Virus record (IMG/VR): IMGVR_UViG_3300023714_000001
Strand: one strand, 5' to 3'
DNA: 64,000 nucleotides
From: a virus
Taxonomy: Duplodnaviria > Caudoviricetes
Position 1 is the stretch's first letter; each line of letters begins with the position of its first letter. The translations under genes were made by a program, and so were the position numbers. Shown piece by piece: positions 52,485 to 61,706 of the stretch. The notes under the pieces were generated by a model. The model did not search any database and was not told the DNA's origin. It was given only the letters and a program-made list of their open reading frames with translations.

Positions 52485-53756
52485 TTATGCAGCCATATCT
52501 TTCCAGTCGAGCTTTGTACACTCGCCATCTAAGATATGCACCTTGCTTTCCGCCCGCGTTACAGCCGTATAGAGCCAGCGGGCATTGGTAAGCTGTTCGT
52601 TGTACAGCTTGGATGTACCGGTGATATATACTTCCTCCCACTGGCTACCCTGACTCTTATGAGCTGTAATAGCATAGCCATAGGTGCAGATGGTTACAGT
52701 CGGGGAAAGCATCGGGCGCCCACACAAATCCACAAAATCTCTTTTATAGCCATCACGCCAATAGCGAAGGCCGGCGAGATTCTGTGGTGCGATGGAAGCG
52801 CCATTATAGTTAGGTACAAGAATCAAGTGGTGCACCTCACCATCTTCTTTGTACCGATAAAACTCTGCCACAATAGGCAGTGCTTTCTCCCGATTGGGCA
52901 CACGGATAAACAGCTTATCCTTACCCAGGAGCTCAATATTTTCAGGCACCTTCATGGTTTCTCCGTTACGCAGAAAAGCGCCATTGGATATGCCCATGAT
53001 TGGTTCACCTGTCTGCAGAGTCTTTCCGTCAAAGCCGAGTGCTTTACGGACACCCTGGTTGAAGCGAATGCGCGCCTCATTCTTCCAGGTAACCATGGTG
53101 ATATCCTTACCTGCTTTTAGTTTGGCGAGGTAATCATTCCACAGTACCGGCTTACTCTCAACCGATACGTCACCATGGGTAGAGGTTGGGGAGAATGCCG
53201 TCTTTTTCTGGCGCAAAGCTGTTGCCCAATCCAGGATAGCGCTGCCATCACCCTGACGCATTACCTGTGTCAACACAGACTTATATTCATTGTCGAACAC
53301 TGTACGACTATACTTGCCGACAGGTGGGAGCTGGAACGGGTCTCCCATATAAAAGATCTTGCTTTCCTTCTTGGTGGCAAACTCCTCAAGGTCGTCCAAT
53401 AGTTTGTCAGACAACATGGATGCCTCGTCGCAAATGATGAGCAGCCGCTTATCATCGTCATCTTTAGTGGCGGCCTTCTTAATGAAGTTACCGTAACGGT
53501 CAACGGTGTACAGGAGCTTATGTACGGTCATAGCTCCTTTGTTTCCTTTGCGGCGCAACACTTCTGCCGCCTTGTTTGTTGGCGCGATAAACACCACGCG
53601 GTACTTATCTTTCTTGGCAATAAGTGCAATCTCACCTGCCAACGTAGTCTTACCTGTACCAGCATAACCCATAAGTGTCCATGCCAGTACATCGCCTTTA
53701 ATAAGCTGGGCTTCGATATTCGTTAACGCTTCTTTCTGCTGTTTATTCCATTCCAT
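52485..53756 (-). CDS. Dda/RecD-like SF1B helicase
   Basis: GYAGTGKT, APTNKAA, DEASM, GDPFQLPPV, YAITAHKSQGS, YTAVTRA; ends DMAA. Confidence 0.92.
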   Translation of the reverse strand: MEWNKQQKEALTNIEAQLIKGDVLAWTLMGYAGTGKTTLAGEIALIAKKDKYRVVFIAPTNKAAEVLRRKGNKGAMTVHKLLYTVDRYGNFIKKAATKDDDDKRLLIICDEASMLSDKLLDDLEEFATKKESKIFYMGDPFQLPPVGKYSRTVFDNEYKSVLTQVMRQGDGSAILDWATALRQKKTAFSPTSTHGDVSVESKPVLWNDYLAKLKAGKDITMVTWKNEARIRFNQGVRKALGFDGKTLQTGEPIMGISNGAFLRNGETMKVPENIELLGKDKLFIRVPNREKALPIVAEFYRYKEDGEVHHLILVPNYNGASIAPQNLAGLRYWRDGYKRDFVDLCGRPMLSPTVTICTYGYAITAHKSQGSQWEEVYITGTSKLYNEQLTNARWLYTAVTRAESKVHILDGECTKLDWKDMAA

Positions 53757-53865
53757 ACTATTTCCTCCTAACAGTTGAAGTTACCCGAAGAAAATGATAT
53801 AATCTGAGTAACCAAGGAAGTCCGGAGCGCACAACTCCATCATCCTCCCTTGGGGCAAAACTTAA

Positions 53866-53967
53866 TTACCTAAGAAGCTCTATGAGCCACTGGATAATTA
53901 TGAGTCTAGCCATTACTGATGTTGCGACGAGTGCAATGACTGCCAACAACAGGAGTAACTTACTCAT
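53866..53967 (-). CDS. 33-aa hydrophobic peptide
   Basis: MSKLLLLLAVIALVATSVMARLIIIQWLIELLR; AGGAGG RBS; convergent promoter at 53775-53803. Confidence 0.55.
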   Translation of the reverse strand: MSKLLLLLAVIALVATSVMARLIIIQWLIELLR

Positions 53968-54049
53968 ACCATTACCTCCTTTGGTTTATAGAGTTTTCTT
54001 TTGGTGTTTCAACCGCCCAGTTTTACGTCATATGGCAGGACAGTGCAGT

Positions 54050-55918
54050 TTACTTTTCCGCATCGACAACTACAACAATGCCATCATAGCCTTCAAGATG
54101 CTCAGCAACCGGCTTAACACCAGTAGCTTCTTTTACCATCTTGTCATAACCCTTCTCGAGTTTGATACGGAGTTCATTGGTGAGCCATTCCGGTACATCG
54201 CTGGTATAAATGGTCATCAGCTTCTCACTATTAAGCGTCATCTGCATATAGTCCGTGGTTACAACTTTCGTCGTAGCCTTAACTGTATGCGGGCGGAGCT
54301 GAATCTGCATACCAACGACGTCTTTTGTGGACACTTTAGCTGCGCGGGCAGCACAAGTATCGAGCATCGTGCCTTCGCCATCCATCTGGTCATCCTTGTC
54401 AAACAGGATGCAGAAAGACTTGAGCGTAAAGCCCTGGTCAGCACGCATACCCATACCGCAAGTATGAGAAGACAGGCGGGTGGCTGCATCAACAAGCATC
54501 GTACCCGTTACCTTCTCGCCCTCACGGATGGCAAATTCACCATGAGTGGCACTATAGAAGATTTTATTGAATTTCTCAATATTCTCTTCCGTGGATGCAT
54601 CGAAGAACATCATTGTGTCCTGACGCTTCTGAGAGGTAGAATAGATATTGCATCTATCTGCATCAAGCGTCATAATTATATCTTCCTGCTTAACCCACTC
54701 TTTCTTGATGGCCACAACTTCATGCTCCTGCATGCGGTATGCCGGATCGTATCCGCTTAAGAGAGCGTAGCAATTACGCAGTTCAACGAGCACAGATACG
54801 CCATCACCATAAACAGGGACATATTCATCCTTGTCCATATCGTGGGTAACACCAATATTCTTGGTGATGTAAATCTTGCCTCCTTCCTCTAATCCATCAA
54901 TCTTTCCAAGAAGGTAACGCAAGCAACGAGCTGCCTTCTCTTGGATTTTCTTGCCGGACGTCTCATCTGCCCGAACAAGATCAGAAAAGTCAACCGTAGC
55001 TACTTTATCCGTAGCAAGACGTTCACCAGAGAACTGGTTACGGCCAATAGAGTTACCAAGAACAACACCTTTCTTGGCATACGGAGCCGTGAATGCAGTC
55101 ACTGGAGCCGCCGTAATATCGACCACGCACTGGCAGCCAATATTATTGTTGGCCTGTACAAAAGTCAGGCTCTGCATCTGTACAGTAGCCATGCCTTTAT
55201 CAGCCTTCTTCATAAGGGTTCTACGGACTTTATTGTCCAGCTTGTGGCTGCCATGTTTCAGGATAGAGCCAAGCTGAGTGCGAAGACTCGGCTTTTCAGC
55301 AGCCTGAAGGATAACAGCACGATAGTTGCCTTCAACTACCTTCTTAGAAATCCCCTTACGGCCGAGAATCTCATCCAGTTCGGACAAATCCTTAATGTCC
55401 GTCTTGTGAGCGACAATCTTGGCAGCGTATACCGCACCAATGCCGTTAAGCTTCATGAGCTCAGAGACAACACCGCAATTAATGTTGATTTCCTTCTGTT
55501 CAGAAGCTGCCGCTACTTTGAGTACAATGCCGAGCTTCTTACGCTCGACAAGGCTCATAATACGGTCACGGGAGATACCGGCTGCCACCATATCGAGCGG
55601 CGTACGGAATTTCTTTGCCTGTTTATCTTTCCAATAACGGCAAAGACGATTCACCTCACGGTGCGTAAACACCGAGCACAGAACCATCGGGCTCTGTTCA
55701 TTGATATTAACCATTGGGCGGCCAGTACGAATGTACCAGTTATGGCTGAGAACCTTCACGGATTCCCAGGAAATACCAATGTTTGCCAGTGCTTTGAACG
55801 TAGTAGCACTTACACCACGTTCACTGCAGAACGCAAAGATTTTCTCAGCGTCCTTATGGCAAATACCTGCCAGTTCCAGTTCAGAAACGGATGCAAACAG
55901 TAAATTTTCTCTAGTCAT
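54050..55918 (-). CDS. HhH (ComEA-like) repeats fused to the first-barrel half of a two-barrel RNA polymerase
   Basis: ININCGVVSELMKLNGIGAVYAAKIV HhH; C-terminal QMDGEG..GMQIQLRPHTVKA resembles the DGxG..QxR..K motifs of YonO/QDE-1 polymerases; start MTREN after GAGGAGG. Confidence 0.6.
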   Translation of the reverse strand: MTRENLLFASVSELELAGICHKDAEKIFAFCSERGVSATTFKALANIGISWESVKVLSHNWYIRTGRPMVNINEQSPMVLCSVFTHREVNRLCRYWKDKQAKKFRTPLDMVAAGISRDRIMSLVERKKLGIVLKVAAASEQKEININCGVVSELMKLNGIGAVYAAKIVAHKTDIKDLSELDEILGRKGISKKVVEGNYRAVILQAAEKPSLRTQLGSILKHGSHKLDNKVRRTLMKKADKGMATVQMQSLTFVQANNNIGCQCVVDITAAPVTAFTAPYAKKGVVLGNSIGRNQFSGERLATDKVATVDFSDLVRADETSGKKIQEKAARCLRYLLGKIDGLEEGGKIYITKNIGVTHDMDKDEYVPVYGDGVSVLVELRNCYALLSGYDPAYRMQEHEVVAIKKEWVKQEDIIMTLDADRCNIYSTSQKRQDTMMFFDASTEENIEKFNKIFYSATHGEFAIREGEKVTGTMLVDAATRLSSHTCGMGMRADQGFTLKSFCILFDKDDQMDGEGTMLDTCAARAAKVSTKDVVGMQIQLRPHTVKATTKVVTTDYMQMTLNSEKLMTIYTSDVPEWLTNELRIKLEKGYDKMVKEATGVKPVAEHLEGYDGIVVVVDAEK

Positions 55919-56012
55919 GATAAAATCCTCCTCGGGCTCGACGGCCCTTTTCTCTAAAAAAACAAAATTTGACAGACTATTTATCGAGCGCCGCCTGTCA
56001 GGGCGCAGAAAA

Positions 56013-59000
56013 TTAAAAGTCGATATCAACATCGATGGTTTCCGTGCCATCAAAGATAAGAGCAGAGGATTCCTTAACGGATTCTTCCGGCAGAGCATCA
56101 TATTCTGCATTCTTCTGTTCCACTTCTGTCAGCACAACAACGGCACGATTGCAATTGCTGTCTGCATAAACAACGGAAACTGCACCGTTCAAACCTTCAT
56201 AGAAAGAGCGAACAGTAGCATCGTAGCTGTACTGATCACGATTCTTACGGACGTATGTATCTACATCCATATCAATCGTCAGAGCCTGGCTACGAACAGC
56301 AGCCTCCTTATTGTAATGCTTGCCACCCTTGCTGCCCTTTACATAAAGGCTGCCAAGAACTTCAGTACCTTCTCTCATGCCAAGGCGGGTATACTTACCG
56401 TCCTTAACATTTGAAAGAAGAATACGATGACCAACTTTAGAAGACATGGCATCAACGATAGCTTTGTTAATAGCAACTTGCTCGTCATTAATAATCCACT
56501 GTTCTTCTGCGGTTTCACCATCCCATTCCGGATTCGGCATCCAAACAGATTTAAGGTCAAGCTCAAATGCTACCTGGGTACGATCCACTTCGGGGATGCT
56601 GATAAAGTCCGTCATTGGGCGGACAATTGCCGGGGAGTCATCACGCATAGCAATCTGATACATGCCATCCAGAACATTTAAAGACACATAAAGGTCTTCA
56701 ATTTTCTTCATTTTGGCTGTATAGACTTCGCCTTCTTTTACGATAATGTTCTGCCCCTCAGTCAGAGACTTCAGAGCTTCTACATTATTGTAACGAGCAT
56801 TAATGAACTCCACGGCTTCATTATTGTCACTCATCTGAATAGCAGCATAAGCCGTCTCCTCTTTGAGAAGCTTGCTCATATTGCTGCCTGCAGAAGTCGT
56901 GATGTCTTCGCCTCCTGCAAGATAACCAACGAGGTCGTCAGGAGAGACCTTGCTGTTATCACGAGCCACCATCCAACGAATGGTATTGGAGATAGCGTCG
57001 AAAGCATCGTCATACTTCTCGTGCAGAGCTTTGCGGATTGCATCACTCTTAGAGTTGCTGACGTCGCCATACTCATCGGCATTTGCGGCAAGCATTGCTT
57101 TGCGGTCTTCACGATAGACTGTATTGATTGCGCCACCCATGCTGATTGCTACCTGCAGGCGGTTTTCAATACGCTGGTCTGCAATGTGCATGATGGCTAC
57201 GTCGTAAGCATTTTCACGACGAGCCTTATACTCTGCAGAATTAACTGCTGCTTTGTAGCGGGCAATTAATTCATTGAGCTTTTCCATGGACTTTTCAATT
57301 GCATACCGGCGATAGCTGGCGAAGAAGTCGTTGAACACAACAACCTTACGATCGTTCTGCCCCTTTCCTTCTGCCGGCCAGAAAAGCTGAATTGGTTCTT
57401 CAGCCATTACACCGCGGAAGCCTTCACGGCTGATTTCATTGCCGTTCATGTCAAGGAGAATAACTTTTTCGTCCTTACGGAGCAGGTCATCTTCCTTGAG
57501 TTCTGTTTTAACATTAGCTTCCGGGTCTTTATGGAATGCTGCCCAGTCGATAACGAAACGCGCACCGAACTTCAGCGGCGTAACCGTCATCGTTGCCTTA
57601 AGAATGGCTACAAAGTCCGTATAAACCTTGTAGAACTTCTTTTCAGCATCTATAGTGCATTCCTGAGTGTGACGAATAAGAACGTCAAAGTCCTTGATGA
57701 TTTCGAGTAGCGTATTCCACTGCTCTTCTGTTGTACCTTCAAAGCGAGTCATATGAACCGCTTTCTCAAATGCATGATAGGCATCAAGAGTTTCGCCGTT
57801 CTCATAGGTCTTTGGAGCCGTGCTTGCGGTTTCGCGGCCGTATTCATCTTCGCCCCAAGTAAGCGGGGTATGATACTTGCCGTCGCCAGCATCAGCTTCC
57901 GTACCTGCTTCCCATACTGTAGAGAAGCAGGAGATATAGAGTGCTTTTACCTCATCACTCCAATCGATAGCACAAAGCCCCTGAATAAGGACACGGCCAG
58001 CGTTAGTCACAGGACCAACCTTCTCATTATGATTCTGGTTGATCATGTGGAAATTGGTGGAGTACATGCCACCGTCAATTTCGTAACGCTCGCCCTTTTC
58101 TTCAGGCTTAGTCGGTACGATATCAACAGCCAGCGGTTTAAAACCATACCCCATAAGGAACCAGGGGATATCCTTCTGGCCTGCACGATGCAGAATTACA
58201 GAAGTCTTATCCCCATCACGGTCCGAACCGGCCAGCACGCTGCCGATAGCTGCCAGGTCAGCAGGCATCTCGATAATACCTTCCTTGATATTGGCATACT
58301 GTTCAGCAGCGCAGATGGCCTCCTCTTCCGTGAGGTAGCCACGCTCAACGAGGTCCATCAGAGCTTCCTCGATTTCCTCGTCATCCATAAAATGAACGAG
58401 TACGGTTTCGCGGGTGCCAACAGACGGATACTTCATGAGCGCACCGTAACGATCTTCTCTGGCGGCATTGATACCGTCAAAGAAGCGAGTAGCACGAGGA
58501 TCGACAACATTCATGACGTTGCCATTGATACCCGTAACGCCAACTTTCAGTGCTTCTTCAACACCGAAACGGCTCTTAATGAGCTCATACACCGGGTCAA
58601 TCGAAATCATGCTTGTGTGGCCGTCAAGATGATAACGGTCGAGCTGAACATGATTGGAGAGCGTACGGGCGATGTCGTTTGTGGCACCCTTAATGAGCTG
58701 CGGCCACATGTTGAGCGCACCGCTGTTCATACCCATTAAGAGCGAAGAAGTATAACCAGCATCAACTTCTTCAAAGCCACGATAACCATCGCGGCAACGG
58801 CCATCGAGGTCAGACACCTCGTCCACCGTATGGTCGATAGCAGTTTTGATGACTTCATCCAGGTCGCTAAGCACCTGTTCTGCATCGGCGCCATTTTTAA
58901 TAGCGTCGTTTGCGCAGCGGAACAACTTCATCCACATCTGTGCGGATGAGTACACGTTCTTATCTTCATCCTCTGCATGAGGAATCATAAGAACATTCAT

Positions 59001-59228
59001 TCCGGTTGGTACAGTGACATCAAAGATGTCTTTCCAGAAATTACGGTCACCCACAATTTCCGGCAGTTCAATACCGTTAGCAATGGCTTTAAAAGCATTG
59101 CCTTTTACGTTAGCTGCTGCATTAACATGTATAGCTTTTTCTGCAGCTTTTGCTTTTTCTTCGGCATTGATTTTCTCAACAATAGCCTTACGATCAACGG
59201 TTACGTTTGCGATAGTCTGAGTCTTCAT
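56013..59228 (-). CDS. two-barrel RNA polymerase catalytic half (YonO/QDE-1-like)
   Basis: LAGSDRDGDK (DxDGD) preceded by LMKYPS (K/RxP); 1071 aa from MKTQ after AGGAGG. Confidence 0.72.
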   Translation of the reverse strand: MKTQTIANVTVDRKAIVEKINAEEKAKAAEKAIHVNAAANVKGNAFKAIANGIELPEIVGDRNFWKDIFDVTVPTGMNVLMIPHAEDEDKNVYSSAQMWMKLFRCANDAIKNGADAEQVLSDLDEVIKTAIDHTVDEVSDLDGRCRDGYRGFEEVDAGYTSSLLMGMNSGALNMWPQLIKGATNDIARTLSNHVQLDRYHLDGHTSMISIDPVYELIKSRFGVEEALKVGVTGINGNVMNVVDPRATRFFDGINAAREDRYGALMKYPSVGTRETVLVHFMDDEEIEEALMDLVERGYLTEEEAICAAEQYANIKEGIIEMPADLAAIGSVLAGSDRDGDKTSVILHRAGQKDIPWFLMGYGFKPLAVDIVPTKPEEKGERYEIDGGMYSTNFHMINQNHNEKVGPVTNAGRVLIQGLCAIDWSDEVKALYISCFSTVWEAGTEADAGDGKYHTPLTWGEDEYGRETASTAPKTYENGETLDAYHAFEKAVHMTRFEGTTEEQWNTLLEIIKDFDVLIRHTQECTIDAEKKFYKVYTDFVAILKATMTVTPLKFGARFVIDWAAFHKDPEANVKTELKEDDLLRKDEKVILLDMNGNEISREGFRGVMAEEPIQLFWPAEGKGQNDRKVVVFNDFFASYRRYAIEKSMEKLNELIARYKAAVNSAEYKARRENAYDVAIMHIADQRIENRLQVAISMGGAINTVYREDRKAMLAANADEYGDVSNSKSDAIRKALHEKYDDAFDAISNTIRWMVARDNSKVSPDDLVGYLAGGEDITTSAGSNMSKLLKEETAYAAIQMSDNNEAVEFINARYNNVEALKSLTEGQNIIVKEGEVYTAKMKKIEDLYVSLNVLDGMYQIAMRDDSPAIVRPMTDFISIPEVDRTQVAFELDLKSVWMPNPEWDGETAEEQWIINDEQVAINKAIVDAMSSKVGHRILLSNVKDGKYTRLGMREGTEVLGSLYVKGSKGGKHYNKEAAVRSQALTIDMDVDTYVRKNRDQYSYDATVRSFYEGLNGAVSVVYADSNCNRAVVVLTEVEQKNAEYDALPEESVKESSALIFDGTETIDVDIDF

Positions 59229-59319
59229 GATATTTTTCCTCCTTTGTGGCTCGACGGCCACTCTGCAAAAAAAACAAAAATTGCCCAGTTTAAGGTCGTG
59301 TGGCAGGACCAAAACAAAA

Positions 59320-59850
59320 TTAAAACGGCAAATCTCCCCATTCCGTGATGGGGTTGAGGTCAAATACTTCGGCCTCTATATTCTCATCTATATCTCTGTG
59401 GGAAACATAGGAGTCTTCCCCCATACCGTAGCAGTTATAAGCGAACTCCTTAACCTTATCTTTGGGATAAGTTTCCAGGAGCTTTACCAGGAGCATTGTG
59501 GAAATAACGTGTTCCTCCACTAAGAGGTCAGCGCCATCAACAAAGTCTGCAGCGCCAATTTCCTCCTGCATACGGCCAAACAGCTTTAGTGCCGCATCAC
59601 CCTCTGCACGCTCGGCTTCCTCCAGAAGCCCAACGGTGTTGTTGAACTCCAGAGTAACATCCTCGTCCGGCTCATCGCCGAACGGGTTGGTGAAGCAGGC
59701 CTTATCCTTGCCTACCACCAAGAACCTGCCCTTTTCATAGGCGCCCTTCCCGCCAAACATAAGTGCTCCATTCGGAAGTACTTCATAATGAGCAAATGCT
59801 TCACCAAGCAGGATAACAACAGCGGCCTTAATAAGATTCAGTTTCTTCAT
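59320..59850 (-). CDS. acidic hypothetical protein ending WGDLPF
   Basis: 176 aa; leader GCTGTCCTATCGGCATATACGGGGAGAAGGAG overlaps the RBS. Confidence 0.7.
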   Translation of the reverse strand: MKKLNLIKAAVVILLGEAFAHYEVLPNGALMFGGKGAYEKGRFLVVGKDKACFTNPFGDEPDEDVTLEFNNTVGLLEEAERAEGDAALKLFGRMQEEIGAADFVDGADLLVEEHVISTMLLVKLLETYPKDKVKEFAYNCYGMGEDSYVSHRDIDENIEAEVFDLNPITEWGDLPF

Positions 59851-59890
59851 GATAAATTCTCCTTCTCCCCGTATATGCCGATAGGACAGC

Positions 59891-59920
59891 TTGACATAAA
59901 TTAATAATTAGGAGTATAAT
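59891..59920 (+). promoter_or_regulatory. antisense sigma-A promoter
   Basis: TTGACA-18bp-TATAAT followed by a long hairpin (59924-59971), convergent on 59977..60120. Confidence 0.7.
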
Positions 59921-59976
59921 TTAGCCAATAGGAAACGAGCAGTGTTGCAGCACCACCCGTTCCTACTGGGTTTACG

Positions 59977-60120
59977 TTATCGAACCGTCACTTTAAGGTG
60001 GATTCCTTTCCATCCTAGACTAAGCTCTAGTTCGACACGCTTACCCTTGGCTGACAAGTGGCGAATATTCATCCATGAAATAGCCACTATTATCAGCACG
60101 AGGCTAACGGCCAGGAGCAT
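59977..60120 (-). CDS. 47-aa membrane peptide (type I toxin-like)
   Basis: MLLAVSLVLIIVAISWMNIRHLSAKGKRVELELSLGWKGIHLKVTVR; GAAAGGAG RBS. Confidence 0.55.
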   Translation of the reverse strand: MLLAVSLVLIIVAISWMNIRHLSAKGKRVELELSLGWKGIHLKVTVR

Positions 60121-60968
60121 ACACTCAACTCCTTTCTGACCTCAGCTTCGCAGTATTTTTATAGCGCCCCTCTGGCGCTATATGTGGTTAGTTGTTTCTC
60201 AACGCCTCCTCTCTGCGGCTTTTAATGATGTTCATGCGGAGCTTAGCTCTCCGCTTATGCCCGGCTTGATACCAGTCCCAAGCCTTAAAGCTCAGGATGG
60301 CAATGGCAGCAATGGAGCTGAACTCCAAAACCATCAAGACAGTAGCACCAACGGCGGTCTGAGAAATAACATTTACAAACTGGAACATAATGTTCCTCCT
60401 TTCTGGGGCCTCCAACGCCCCAATCAAATTAATATCTGTGCTGGTATGAGCACATTATGAAGCCCCCGAATCAATTAAAGTTCAGGGGCTTTTAATATGT
60501 TCATATCAATATTCATAACGGCCAAGCAGTCTCCACTCTTCGTTTTCGGAACGGCGGTAATACCACTCCGCTACATGGCAGGCACGTAGATACTTGCGAC
60601 ACACCTTCCAACCATTCTTGCGATACTGCCATGCTTTGCCAGTTAAATACATGTCCGACATAATATCTCCTCCTCTTTCTCGTGCAAAATCCAGACCCTC
60701 CCTGGGCTAATATGCCAGGTTCAGGATCCTCACCAAAATACTAGGTACTCCCGGAAATTTTTCACAAAATCCGTTCCCCTATAGGAAAATTTGACATTAT
60801 CAACTATCTGTCAAAATCGCCGCCCGCCCCATAAGGCCATAAGCCTTCCTGTCGTGGACACCGACAAAATGATTGCCGGCCTGCATGTTTGCTTGCTTAA
60901 TTATGCGTTCAGATGTATAATAAGGAGTAAGAATAAAATGGTTATTTGCACAAAAGGAGGCGTTTGAC

Positions 60969-61388
60969 ATGGGTGTTGATTGGGGAGAATATTATGGCAC
61001 CGAAGACCCAAACGAAATGAGCGCCATGATTGACAAGGGCGGGATGACCACGCATATTGGCCGGAAAACTAAAAAGAAGACATATTCCACTGAAGAGGCC
61101 GCTGCAATTGGTTGCGTAGAAGCCATCGCAGAATTGGACAAAAAGAATTCGAACGCCAAGATAACTGAAAGGAATCGCCTTGCCTTTCACGCCTCCTTTC
61201 CTATAATGACAATGATTGACGCTGTGCGCGATATTGAGCATGAAATCTCATACGAGGAACGACAAGCTCTGGAAGACGAAATAATCGAAGCAGTATATCA
61301 ACACAATAAGCACATGGAAGATATTCTTAACAGGTGCAAAGAAATCAAACGTAAGGCTAAAATACTGGATAGTAAACTTCCGTTTTAA
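60969..61388 (+). CDS. hypothetical protein ending DSKLPF
   Basis: AAGGAGG RBS; TTGCTT..TATAAT upstream; first gene after the strand switch. Confidence 0.7.
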   Translation: MGVDWGEYYGTEDPNEMSAMIDKGGMTTHIGRKTKKKTYSTEEAAAIGCVEAIAELDKKNSNAKITERNRLAFHASFPIMTMIDAVRDIEHEISYEERQALEDEIIEAVYQHNKHMEDILNRCKEIKRKAKILDSKLPF

Positions 61389-61706
61389 ATAAGCACAATA
61401 TAAAAAGACAGACACTTCCAAGACTACCAATCAGAGACATCTTGAAACTGCCTGTCTTTTTATATATCGCACACGCTTTGCCTGTCTATTAATTTTCAGA
61501 ATATTCCATCTTTATTCTGTGCACTGCGGGCGGCAATGATAAATGATTAATCTTCAGCAATCTGCCTGCTATAAACAATATAAATCATAACAAAAGCAAA
61601 ATAAAATAATATCAGAACCTCTGTTGTTTCCGCTACCCTATTGTGTAATATCGGCCATAGAGAAGGAAAATCAAATACAACTACACAAAGGGGTAAAGTT
61701 ACAGAA

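Noticed and set aside
53882-58739. Long plus-strand ORFs (292, 320, 237 and 328 aa) opposite the polymerase genes
   Set aside because: Antisense shadows of codon-biased real genes; no RBS or recognisable motifs
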